Below, piece by piece: positions 47,713 to 56,902 of a stretch of 64,000 bases of DNA. The position numbers and the translations under genes are program-made. The stretch's first letter is position 1. Each line of letters starts with the position of its first letter. A model generated the notes under the pieces. That model had not been told where the DNA came from. It saw only the letters and a program-made list of their open reading frames with translations, and searched no databases. This DNA comes from an uncultured bacterium (lineage in GTDB: Bacteria > AUK180), in NCBI GenBank assembly GCA_937863565.1, contig CALMGJ010000012.1, positions 62,001 through 126,000 of the forward strand. The letters are read 5' to 3'.

Positions 47713-48640
47713 ACAGCGCAGGGTCCGCCTTGAGCGTTCTGATCAGGTCGGCAATGCCTGTCTCTATATCCCATTTAGGTTCATAACCGATCTTGGATGA
47801 AAGCGAGAGATCCGCTTGAGTGATCTCCTGATAAAATGCTCCGTAGGGATTATCGAAATATTCGGGTTTGAACGATGTATTCAGGTTCTTATTGATAATG
47901 GCAACTGTTTCATTGAAGGAAACGGCTTTCCCGCTGCCCAGATTGAATACGCCGCTTGTGCCGCTCCGCCAGGCGCCGATGATGCCCTCAACAATGTCTT
48001 TCACATAAACGAAGTCGCGCTTCTGATCGCCGAATTTGAAAAGCCTCGGATTCTCGCCTTTGAGCATCTTTACAGTGAGCTGATATACCATCGAAGCGAA
48101 ATTCCTTTTAAACCTTTCGCGTGGACCGTAGACATTGAAGAATCTGAGCCCTGTTATCCTTGCTTCATGATTCTCTTCCATGAAATGCCTTGCCGTGTTC
48201 TCCATCATGAGTTTGGAAAAAGCGTACACATTAAGCGGCGAATCACCGTCCTCTATCCTGTTCGGCGCGGGTTTCTTTCCGTAAACGGATGCCGAAGAGG
48301 CATAGATCACAGGCACGTGCATGGGTGCGAGGATCTCAAGCATATAGTAAAAGGATTCCGTATTGACGCGGTTCATTGCTGCCTGGTCATTTACCGTTGT
48401 GTCCGTAATAGCGCCGATATGGAATACCGCATCGAATCTTACCTTACGTAAAAGTTCAAGGAATCCCGCGTCACATACGCTGTAAGGAAAAAATATCCCT
48501 CTGTATCCGGCGAGATTGAGAAAATTGCCGGACCAGAAGTCGTCAACTGCAAAGATTCCCGCTTCGGGATAACGTTTCTGAAGTTCAAGAGCAAGCGTGG
48601 AGCCGATAAAACCTGCAGCGCCTGTTACTAATAATTTCAT
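47705..48640 (-). CDS. rfaD: ADP-L-glycero-D-manno-heptose 6-epimerase (extended SDR)
   Basis: GAAGFIG, AITDTT, YASSASVYG, P.NVYAFSK, RFFNVYGP, ASM, RDFVY. Confidence 0.85.
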   Translation of the reverse strand: MKLLVTGAAGFIGSTLALELQKRYPEAGIFAVDDFWSGNFLNLAGYRGIFFPYSVCDAGFLELLRKVRFDAVFHIGAITDTTVNDQAAMNRVNTESFYYMLEILAPMHVPVIYASSASVYGKKPAPNRIEDGDSPLNVYAFSKLMMENTARHFMEENHEARITGLRFFNVYGPRERFKRNFASMVYQLTVKMLKGENPRLFKFGDQKRDFVYVKDIVEGIIGAWRSGTSGVFNLGSGKAVSFNETVAIINKNLNTSFKPEYFDNPYGAFYQEITQADLSLSSKIGYEPKWDIETGIADLIRTLKADPALYE

Positions 48641-49755
48641 TTTGCACCTTTAAAGAACTCAATGATCTTGCCGGCAACATATCCTATCTCGTCCTCCGTT
48701 AACTCAGGGAAAACGGGAAGGGAAAGCACTTCTGCCGCGGCCTTTTCAGCTTCGGGGAAATCTCCCTTTTTGTATCCGAGATATGCAAAGCATTTCTGAA
48801 GATGAAGAGGTACGGGATAATAGATCGCGCATCCGATCTTGTTATCGTCAAGAAAAGCCTTCAGGGCGTCTCGCCTGCCGGAGCGGATCGTATACTGATT
48901 GTAAATATGATAATTCACCGATGATTCGTATGGGATCACGATGTCTCCTGCGCCGTCTAAGAACTTTGCGTATGTTCTGGCATGCTCTCTTCTCTGTTCG
49001 TGCCAGTTGCCGAGGTATTTCATCTTGATGGAAAGCACCGCTGCCTGCAGCGCGTCGAGCCTCGAATTGTATCCGATGAAATCATGATAATACTTCACCG
49101 ATTCCCCGTGCATCCGCATGCTTTTCAGCTTTTTGGCATCGCCTTCCTCGCGGACCGTGATGATGCCGCCATCGCCGAAAGCGCCGAGGTTCTTTGAAGG
49201 GAAGAACGAAAAGGCGCCCGCAGATCCGATAGAACCTACTTTTCTCCCTTTGTATTTCGACCCGATCGCCTGGGCGCAGTCCTCTATGATCTTTAGGCTG
49301 TTCTTTTCGGCGATCTCGGTTATGAAGTCCATATCCGCTGCTTGTCCGAAAAGGTGAACGGGAAGAATGGCCTTTGTTTTTTTAGTTATCTTTTCTTCTA
49401 TCCTGTCTGCGTCGATATTGAAGGTATCAGGTTTGATATCCGCAAAAACGGGCTTTGCCCCCAGCCTTGTTATCGCCGAAACGGTGGCGAAAAACGTGAA
49501 CGGGGTCGTTATGACCTCGTCGCCCTGTCCTATTCCGGCAAGGTCCAGAGCAAGGATCAAAGCGTCCGTACCGCTCGCCACGCCTACCGCATAAGGGGTT
49601 TCGCAATACTTGGATATCTCGCTCTCGAGTTTTTCCACATGAGCGCCCAGAATGAAAGTCTGAGCTTCACAGATCTCGTTCAATTTGGCCTGGACCTCGG
49701 TCTTGATGTATTTATACTGGCGTTTGAGGTCGAGCAAAGGGACTTTCATTTCCAT
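48637..49755 (-). CDS. DegT/DnrJ/EryC1 PLP aminotransferase (WbpE/GnnB-like)
   Basis: SGTDAL, EDCAQ, SFFPSKNLG.FGDGG, GYNSRLD. Confidence 0.92.
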   Translation of the reverse strand: MEMKVPLLDLKRQYKYIKTEVQAKLNEICEAQTFILGAHVEKLESEISKYCETPYAVGVASGTDALILALDLAGIGQGDEVITTPFTFFATVSAITRLGAKPVFADIKPDTFNIDADRIEEKITKKTKAILPVHLFGQAADMDFITEIAEKNSLKIIEDCAQAIGSKYKGRKVGSIGSAGAFSFFPSKNLGAFGDGGIITVREEGDAKKLKSMRMHGESVKYYHDFIGYNSRLDALQAAVLSIKMKYLGNWHEQRREHARTYAKFLDGAGDIVIPYESSVNYHIYNQYTIRSGRRDALKAFLDDNKIGCAIYYPVPLHLQKCFAYLGYKKGDFPEAEKAAAEVLSLPVFPELTEDEIGYVAGKIIEFFKGAK

Positions 49756-49760
49756 AATTC

Positions 49761-50810
49761 TTACCTTCCAAGCCTGCATTTGGAGGGAGTGAATGGCAGC
49801 GTTATCATCCGAGACGTTTCAGCCGATTCATATATTGCCGTTATGATCTCGAGAGATTTCCTTGCTTCAAAGCCGTCGATGAGGCCCTGTTTATTGTTGA
49901 CAATGCCGTCGATCACATGTTCCAGATATGCCCTGTGCCCGAATCCGTAAACATCCGGCGGATTCTGATTGAATTCGGTTGCGATTCGCCCGTCTTCATC
50001 TGTCATCCGGTCGAATTTCCAGGTGGATATCCTGTTCATTGCGAAACCTCCGATCTCCACGGTCCCATTTTCCCCGTATACATTGATCGAACCCTCAAGG
50101 TCCTCCGGAGAAGTGTTCGTTGTGGCCTCGATGATCCCGACCGCGCCTGAACGAGCCTTCAAAAGAGCTACCCCGATATCCTCCACTTCGATCTTGTGAA
50201 GCATGGTGTCCGTCATTGCGAATACATTACTGATCGGTCCGAGCATCCACTGGAGCATATCAATATGATGAGAGGCCTGATTTGTCAGAACGCCTCCGTC
50301 CATTGCCCAGGTCCCATGCCAATCGTCCATATCGTAGTAATCCTGCATCCTTCTCCAGTGAACCCTGACGGTGGCAAGATATAACTTCCCGAATCGCCCA
50401 TGGTCTAAAGCTTCCCGGAGCTTGATGATGGGAAGATTGAATCTGTTCTGTTTTACTATGAAAAGCCGGCTTTTCTTTGATGCGCAGGTCTCTATCATCC
50501 GGTCAGCATCGGCAAGTTTCAAGGCCATAGGTTTCTCGCAGATGATATTTGGAACTTTTCCCGCGCAATTAATTGCATGTTCGGCATGCATCCCCGAAGG
50601 CGTGCAGATATTGACTGTATCGGGATGCTCCGTTTCCACCATCTTTAAATAATCGGAATAGAAGGGTACATTGAATTCCTTGGCGAATTTTTCCGCCCTT
50701 TCGGCCTTTATGTCGCAAACAGCCGCCAATTCCGCCCCGGAGATATCCGAAAGCAGTCTGGCATGTCTGATGCCGATACGGCCGCAGCCGATCAAACCGA
50801 ACCTCAGCAT
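49761..50810 (-). CDS. Gfo/Idh/MocA NAD-dependent sugar-nucleotide 3-dehydrogenase (WbpB/WlbA/GnnA-like)
   Basis: GCGRIG, EKPMA, KQNR.N, DGG...NQASH; SD GGAGG before ATG 50810. Confidence 0.88.
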   Translation of the reverse strand: MLRFGLIGCGRIGIRHARLLSDISGAELAAVCDIKAERAEKFAKEFNVPFYSDYLKMVETEHPDTVNICTPSGMHAEHAINCAGKVPNIICEKPMALKLADADRMIETCASKKSRLFIVKQNRFNLPIIKLREALDHGRFGKLYLATVRVHWRRMQDYYDMDDWHGTWAMDGGVLTNQASHHIDMLQWMLGPISNVFAMTDTMLHKIEVEDIGVALLKARSGAVGIIEATTNTSPEDLEGSINVYGENGTVEIGGFAMNRISTWKFDRMTDEDGRIATEFNQNPPDVYGFGHRAYLEHVIDGIVNNKQGLIDGFEARKSLEIITAIYESAETSRMITLPFTPSKCRLGR

Positions 50811-50829
50811 ATATGCCTCCAAATACCGT

Positions 50830-50858
50830 ATTATACCATTTTTTTACCCTATAACCAA
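50830..50858 (-). promoter_or_regulatory. sigma70 promoter for the dehydrogenase-aminotransferase-rfaD-gltX-rlmB operon
   Basis: TTGGTT-17-TATAAT with extended TG on the minus strand. Confidence 0.65.
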
Positions 50859-50952
50859 AGATGAGCACGTAAAAATCCATCCGCTCATTACTCGGTGCGG
50901 CTTCCCTGCTCTGCTGTTTTTATATTTCCCTTTATTTCTGTTATAATCAATC

Positions 50953-51930
50953 ATGAAGATCCTGTTCATGAACACCGCCGGTGATCTTTGGAAGAAAAGA
51001 ATCACGGAACTGGCCCTTGCGTATCCGCATCACGAATTTATTATAGCGTTGGATGCCGCCGTGCAAAAAAAGCACCTTTCCTCGGCGGAGATCATTGTTT
51101 CCGGACATATCGGAACGGAAGAAGTGAAGAAAGCAAAAAGCCTTAAGTGCTTCATTGTACCCTGGGTAGGTGTCAACAATATGCCGTTCAAATTATTCTC
51201 ACAAAGAGGGATAATACTCGGCAATGCTCCCGGCAATACGAAAATAGTAGCTGAACGCGCGCTCGGCCTTGCCCTAACGTTGACGGGACGCATCGCGGAA
51301 TTTCATGAGGACATGAAAGAAAGAAGAGAATGGCACAGAAGCGGTCTTCCGGAAGATGATTGGACCTCGATATACGGGAAGCGCATTGCCATCATCGGTT
51401 TCGGCAATATCGGAAAACGGATCGGAATGCTCATGCAGCCTTTCGGAGTGAAAATAAACGCGTTCAAGAGAAGTATTCCGCGGCAGCCTCCCCGGGGAGT
51501 GTTCATTACCAACTCGCTCGAGAAAGCATTGAAGGGAGCTTTTCTGGTCTTTGTATCGCTTCCCCTTACATCGGAAACCAAAGGTATAATAGGTGAGAAA
51601 GAACTTGGGATGATGGCCGGGAAATATCTTGTAAATGTGTCAAGGGGAGAGCTGATTGAGGAAGAACCCCTTTACCGGGCTTTGAAAAACTGTATGCTTG
51701 CCGGCGCAGCCGTAGATACATGGTATCGCTACCCTTCAATTGCCGAAATGAGGCCGGAACCCTCCGGATATCCGTTCCGGGAACTCCCCAACATCATTTT
51801 CTCGCCCCATTGTTCGATGCATACTTTAGAAGGCAAGATGCTGGATATCCGTGATACGCTCGCCAATGTTAAACATTATATTGAACAAGGAGCACTGAAA
51901 TACAGGATAGATCTGGAAAGAGAATATTGA
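50953..51930 (+). CDS. D-2-hydroxyacid dehydrogenase family
   Basis: GFGNIG, LPLT.ET, NVSRG, D.W, SPH. Confidence 0.9.
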   Translation: MKILFMNTAGDLWKKRITELALAYPHHEFIIALDAAVQKKHLSSAEIIVSGHIGTEEVKKAKSLKCFIVPWVGVNNMPFKLFSQRGIILGNAPGNTKIVAERALGLALTLTGRIAEFHEDMKERREWHRSGLPEDDWTSIYGKRIAIIGFGNIGKRIGMLMQPFGVKINAFKRSIPRQPPRGVFITNSLEKALKGAFLVFVSLPLTSETKGIIGEKELGMMAGKYLVNVSRGELIEEEPLYRALKNCMLAGAAVDTWYRYPSIAEMRPEPSGYPFRELPNIIFSPHCSMHTLEGKMLDIRDTLANVKHYIEQGALKYRIDLEREY

Positions 51931-51987
51931 AAACACCTTGTTTTTTCAGTATAAAAAGTTTAAAATAACACTATGCGGAGTAGAAAA

Positions 51988-52986
51988 ATGAAAAAATATA
52001 TTCTAATACTTATGATCTTTGCGGCCGTGATCATTGCGGCCGAATCGAAGGTCCCTGTTGCGGTCATCGATCTTATCCAGAAATCCGGCGTTTCTAAGGA
52101 TACCGCAGAGATGATCTCGGACTATCTCCGCACCCAGCTCGTCAATGAGAATAAATTCATCGTCGTGAGCAGGGATAACATGAATTCCATTCTCACCGAA
52201 CAGAATTTCCAGACCGCCGCTTGCAATACGGAAGAATGCATGGTGCAGGCCGGTAAGCTGCTCGGAGTTTCGATGCTGTTCACCGGGACGCTCGGAAAGG
52301 TAGGAACGCTTTATCTTCTGAACATAAAAATGCTGAACGTAGAAACGGGCGAGATCGGAATGGCCAAGTCGGAAGAGACGAAGAATGAAGAAGGCCTTCT
52401 CGAAGCGGTTAAAAAGATCGTAGCGGAGATCGGGGGAAGAACATATGCCCCGCAGAACGTTCAGGGCGGATCAGAGGACAAGAACGCCCTACTTGAGAAA
52501 TTAAGGGCGGAAAAAGCGGCGCAGAACAATGTCCCGGACCCGAGAATGAAATTGAAGAACTTCATCTCGTTCCGTCAGGACGGGTTTTTCATGATGAACG
52601 GCGAGAAGAAGACCTATAAGGAGATCAAGGATTTTCTCAGGGCGCAGCCTGCAACAAAACGGTTGATATTGAAGCAGGACCTTTCGGATAAATCAGGAGG
52701 CCTGATCGTTTTCATGATCGTATCTGAAGTGGTCTGCGTGGGAAGCGGGATGATCTGGCTTATCACACTTCTCGATGAAGAACTCTCGGATTCTCCTTTT
52801 CATCATACCTGCGGAACGATATCCGCCTACTCGAGTATTCCGTTCCTTTTAAGCATTGTCGGCTGTATCGTCACTAATCCGGGCAGCAAGACTGCGTTCA
52901 ATAAAGCTCTGAAAACGCACAATGGCTCTCTCAGTCTGCTCGAAAAAAACGGCGCATACTTTTTATCTGTAACCGGAAATTTCTAA
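51988..52986 (+). CDS. Secreted protein: CsgG/FlgO/TolB-N-like domain + 2-TM C-terminus
   Basis: Signal peptide, VAVIDL, V.R..M..IL.EQ, C..EC...AGKLLGV, NVETG. Confidence 0.72.
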   Translation: MKKYILILMIFAAVIIAAESKVPVAVIDLIQKSGVSKDTAEMISDYLRTQLVNENKFIVVSRDNMNSILTEQNFQTAACNTEECMVQAGKLLGVSMLFTGTLGKVGTLYLLNIKMLNVETGEIGMAKSEETKNEEGLLEAVKKIVAEIGGRTYAPQNVQGGSEDKNALLEKLRAEKAAQNNVPDPRMKLKNFISFRQDGFFMMNGEKKTYKEIKDFLRAQPATKRLILKQDLSDKSGGLIVFMIVSEVVCVGSGMIWLITLLDEELSDSPFHHTCGTISAYSSIPFLLSIVGCIVTNPGSKTAFNKALKTHNGSLSLLEKNGAYFLSVTGNF

Positions 52987-53008
52987 TAAAAGCCGATCTC
53001 TACGTCCG

Positions 53009-53035
53009 GCGAACCATTCACGGTTTGCTTTTTTT
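53009..53035 (+). terminator. Intrinsic terminator
   Basis: GCGAACC-attcac-GGTTTGC stem-loop followed by T7. Confidence 0.75.
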
Positions 53036-53072
53036 ATTTAAAACCATTAAAATTATCTATTAGGAGAGCGTG

Positions 53073-53885
53073 ATGAAAAGAACGGTTTTAATATTCCTTT
53101 TTGCGGCGGGCATACTCCTTTCAGCGGAGGACAGGACCCCTGTTGCGGTCATCGACCTTATCGAGAAATCCGGCGTTTCGAAGGATACGGCTGATATGAT
53201 ATCGGATTATCTCAGAACCCAGCTTGTCAATGAAGAAAAGTTCATAGTTGTAAGCAGGGATAATATGAACGCGATCCTTACCGAACAGAATTTTCAAGCG
53301 GCGGCCTGCGATACTGAGGAGTGCATGGTGCAGGCCGGTAAACTTCTCGGTGTTACTATGCTGTTCACGGGAACTCTCGGGAAGGTGGGAACGCTTTTCC
53401 TTCTCAATCTGAAGATGCTCAACGTTGAAACGGGTGAGATCGCAAAAGCAGTTTCCGAAGAAACGAAAAATGAAGAGGGTCTTCTCGAAGCGGTGAAGAA
53501 GATCGTCGCGGAAATAAGCGGAAAGGATTATAAACCGGCCGCTTCGCCAAGCATGCCGGGCGATCCGAGAACATCAAGGCGCCAGGCGCTTCAATCGGTC
53601 GTAAAAGATAAGATGCAGGCCGCGGAGAACACGAAACTGAACCCCGGAAATATTACCGTTTTCTCCGGAAGCTTTCTCAAGGAATCCGGCGCGCTCGCCG
53701 AACTGAAAAAATTAAAAGACCTGGGATACAATACTTTATCTGTCGTCAAGGTCAAGGTCCTTATCGCGGGAAAAAAGAAAACAGTCTTCAGCGTGAGGAT
53801 AGGGGATTATGATGAGCCCTCGGCGAAAAGGCTTGCCGAAGGCCTGAAGGGAAAAGGGCACGAAGCCTGGATAAGAGAAAAATAA
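53073..53885 (+). CDS. Paralog of the preceding gene: CsgG/FlgO-like domain + SPOR-like domain
   Basis: Near-identical N-terminal domain; C-terminal GSF....A...L...GY...V.IG.Y....A..L...L..KG.EAW. Confidence 0.75.
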   Translation: MKRTVLIFLFAAGILLSAEDRTPVAVIDLIEKSGVSKDTADMISDYLRTQLVNEEKFIVVSRDNMNAILTEQNFQAAACDTEECMVQAGKLLGVTMLFTGTLGKVGTLFLLNLKMLNVETGEIAKAVSEETKNEEGLLEAVKKIVAEISGKDYKPAASPSMPGDPRTSRRQALQSVVKDKMQAAENTKLNPGNITVFSGSFLKESGALAELKKLKDLGYNTLSVVKVKVLIAGKKKTVFSVRIGDYDEPSAKRLAEGLKGKGHEAWIREK

Positions 53886-53926
53886 ATAAAATATTTAAGT
53901 CTTTCAGCTGAACGGCCGGCAGGCTG

Positions 53927-55294
53927 TTATGCCGGCGGCGTATCGTCCTCATCCCCCGTAAGCGCGGCATCTTCACCGGAAGGGAGTTCCTGGAATGTTT
54001 GAACATTTGAAAGTCTTTTAGATATCTTCTGAGAACTTCTCTCCGCTCCTTCAATGGCGTCCGAGGCCTCGGTGAGTTTCTTTTTCGTCTTCTCAAGCAT
54101 ATCGCCGAACTTACCGAATTCTTTCTTGATGACGGTAAGGAGCGACCATACTTCGCTCGATCTTTTCTGGATGGCCAGCGTCCTGAACCCCATCTGCAGG
54201 CTGTTCAGGAGAGCGGCCATTGTAGTCGGTCCCGCTATTATGACGCGGTTCTCTCTCTGCAGTGTTTCGATGATCCCGGATATCCTCAATACTTCTGCGT
54301 ACAGGCCCTCGACGGGCAGGAACAAAATGGCGAAATCCGTCGTATTGGGCGGGTCAATGTATTTTACCGATATTTCCTTGGCGCATCTTTTTATATCATC
54401 CAGAAGGGCCTTTCTGAATGAATCCACGCTTTCAGCGTCGGCTCTGTCATATGCGTCAAGAAGGTTCTGAAAATTTTCGGTAGGGAATTTCGAATCTATG
54501 GGAAGCCAGACGCTTTTCCCGGGATCTTCACGGCCGGGAAATTTGACCGCGAACTCCACATATCCCCCCGATGCCTCTTTTGTCTTGACATTCTGTTCAT
54601 ATTGATCGGGAGAGAGGATCTGTTCCAGTATATTGCCCAGTTGATATTCTCCGAGGACGCCTTTCGTTTTCACATTGGATAACACTTTCTTGAGATCGCC
54701 AACGCCCGCCGCAAGGCTTTGCATCTCGCCCAGGCCCTTGTACACCTGCTCGAGCCTTTCGCTCACGAGCTTGAAAGATTCGCTCAAGCGCTTTTCAAGC
54801 GTGGTTTGAAGTTTTTCGTCCACCGTGGCGCGCATCTCGTCGAGTTTTTTCGTGTTCTCCTCGCGCAGTGTCTCAAGCTTTTTCTCCACCGCTTCCCGTA
54901 TCTTCTCGAGTCTTCCTTCAATATCGTTCCTGAGTCCCTCCAGCCTGGCCAGGAATTCGGTGAACTTTGCGCCTTGGAATTCCAAGGCATCCTTCTGGCT
55001 CAAGCCGTATTTTTCCTCGAAAGATCTTAAAGAGGAGCCAAGTTCGGTCCGATTATCCTTGAACGAAGCATTGAGCTCCCCCCTTGTTTCCTTGAGCGCT
55101 CCCGATATCTCGGTGCGGTTCCGGAGAAATTCGTCCTTCAAAGCGCTTTCCATCTTGCCGATATCCCGGAGAACATCCTTAAGTTCGCCTTCGAATGATC
55201 CCGGTCCTCCGCCCTGTCGTCTTCTTAAAAGAAGAAATACAAGGCATGCGCAGGAAACGGCAAGAATAAGGACTAGAAGAATATCCGTAAGCAT
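53927..55294 (-). CDS. rmuC: DNA recombination protein RmuC
   Basis: N-terminal TM + coiled coil, K..G..GE..L, PIDSKFP, KYI.PP.TTDFA..FLP.EGLYAE, GPTT. Confidence 0.93.
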   Translation of the reverse strand: MLTDILLVLILAVSCACLVFLLLRRRQGGGPGSFEGELKDVLRDIGKMESALKDEFLRNRTEISGALKETRGELNASFKDNRTELGSSLRSFEEKYGLSQKDALEFQGAKFTEFLARLEGLRNDIEGRLEKIREAVEKKLETLREENTKKLDEMRATVDEKLQTTLEKRLSESFKLVSERLEQVYKGLGEMQSLAAGVGDLKKVLSNVKTKGVLGEYQLGNILEQILSPDQYEQNVKTKEASGGYVEFAVKFPGREDPGKSVWLPIDSKFPTENFQNLLDAYDRADAESVDSFRKALLDDIKRCAKEISVKYIDPPNTTDFAILFLPVEGLYAEVLRISGIIETLQRENRVIIAGPTTMAALLNSLQMGFRTLAIQKRSSEVWSLLTVIKKEFGKFGDMLEKTKKKLTEASDAIEGAERSSQKISKRLSNVQTFQELPSGEDAALTGDEDDTPPA

Positions 55295-55397
55295 ATCAGG
55301 GTTCTTCGCGGCGTTTATTTCTCATACGCATAATTATATAAAAATAAGGGAATTAAATCAAACGGGGGATCCGCATGCAGGAATGGATATGTGTTAG

Positions 55398-56144
55398 TCA
55401 GAATCCGAAGAACTCCCGCGCATTGGCGGAAAGCACTTCATCCGCCTTATCGAAAGTAAGACACTTGATGTCCGCGATCTTCTCGATGACATAGCGGATA
55501 TAAGAAGGCATATTGAGCTTACCTCTGAACGGCATGGGCGCAAGATACGGCCCGTCCGTCTCGGCCATGATCCTTTCGATGGGGCAGAATGCGGCCGTGT
55601 CCCTGACCTTGTCTGCTTTCCTGAACGTAACTACTCCGGTGAAGGAGATATGAAAACCCGCATCAAGCACTATCTTCGCCTCTTCCTTCCCGTAAGGGAA
55701 ACAGTGAAAAACGGCCTTTTTGATCTTGAAATTGCTCATGATGGAGATCGTATCGTCGAAAGCGTCCCTCGAATGCACGATCACGGGGCTTCCGAATTTC
55801 TCCGCATAGGCCAGTTGTACTTCGAAAAGGTCCGCCTGTTTTGCTCTCGGGCAGAATTCATTGAAATAATCGAGCCCTATCTCGCCTACGGGATGCCCGT
55901 CGAAAAACCGGGCGATCTCGTCTATATACTTTAATTCTATTTTCGTTCCTTCCTCAGGATGAATGCCGTAGGCAGGAAAGATAAAGGGATGCAGCGTGGC
56001 AAGGAATTTCACCGCTTCTATCGAAGAAGGGTTCGTTGAAGGCACGACGATCTTCTCGATCCCGGCCCTCTCTATGTCGCGTATCAGTTCTCCCCCGATA
56101 TCCTGATATCTGGGATCGTCGAGATGGCAATGGGTATCTATCAT
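55398..56144 (-). CDS. tatD: TatD-family DNase
   Basis: DTHCH, GIHP, GEIGLD, HSR, HCF, ETD.PYLAP. Confidence 0.93.
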   Translation of the reverse strand: MIDTHCHLDDPRYQDIGGELIRDIERAGIEKIVVPSTNPSSIEAVKFLATLHPFIFPAYGIHPEEGTKIELKYIDEIARFFDGHPVGEIGLDYFNEFCPRAKQADLFEVQLAYAEKFGSPVIVHSRDAFDDTISIMSNFKIKKAVFHCFPYGKEEAKIVLDAGFHISFTGVVTFRKADKVRDTAAFCPIERIMAETDGPYLAPMPFRGKLNMPSYIRYVIEKIADIKCLTFDKADEVLSANAREFFGF

Positions 56145-56902
56145 TTTTTCGCCATCATATAAGAATAGGCGAAAAGCGCGGCGGCGGTCTGAAGATTAAG
56201 CGAATCGATCCTCATTCCTGCTCCGCTCTCTATACGGACGGAAGCCCCTGCGCCCTCGATGATGTCTCTTGATATGCCGGACCCTTCATTTCCGAAAATG
56301 TAAATATCCCCGTCCTTGAACTCGAATTCACGAAGCGGAATCTTTCCGTTCTCGTATACGGCCACAGTGCGGAATCCATTAACGGAAATGAAGGAGCTGA
56401 TATTCTTCACCATTCTCATCTTCACGGAGAAAACGGCGCCGACAGATGCGCGTACCACCTTGGGATTGAAGGGTTCCACGCACTCGTACAGGAATATCTC
56501 GCCTATCCCGAACCAGGCGCAGGTGCGTATGATATTGCCGAGGTTCAGAGGATCCTGAGTTTTGTGAAAGAGGAAGGAGGCGGGCTTCGAGGGATTTTCT
56601 GCGATCCCGACAGAAGGGGTATCGTAGATGCCCACTGCCACCATGTTCTTTTCCGTATCTGTGATCTTTTTGATCAAGTGGCTTTCCCCGTGGTCGATCA
56701 CGGTTTTCTTCTTCGCGAATTCGGAAAATGTGTTCTTGAGCTTCTCCTTTTCGTTCTCGTCCACAAGAAGGTAAACGGGGAATATGCCGCGCTCGGCAAG
56801 GTCCTTTATCACCTTCACACCTTCTGTCAGGGTCTGCCCGTATTCTACGCGGTATTTCTTTTCCTTGAGGCGCAGCGCTCTTTTATAAAGAATGTCGTTC
56901 AT
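56141..56902 (-). CDS. TrmH/SpoU-family RNA methyltransferase
   Basis: QDP.NLG.IIRT..WFG, GNEGSG, DSLN. Confidence 0.9.
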   Translation of the reverse strand: MNDILYKRALRLKEKKYRVEYGQTLTEGVKVIKDLAERGIFPVYLLVDENEKEKLKNTFSEFAKKKTVIDHGESHLIKKITDTEKNMVAVGIYDTPSVGIAENPSKPASFLFHKTQDPLNLGNIIRTCAWFGIGEIFLYECVEPFNPKVVRASVGAVFSVKMRMVKNISSFISVNGFRTVAVYENGKIPLREFEFKDGDIYIFGNEGSGISRDIIEGAGASVRIESGAGMRIDSLNLQTAAALFAYSYMMAKK

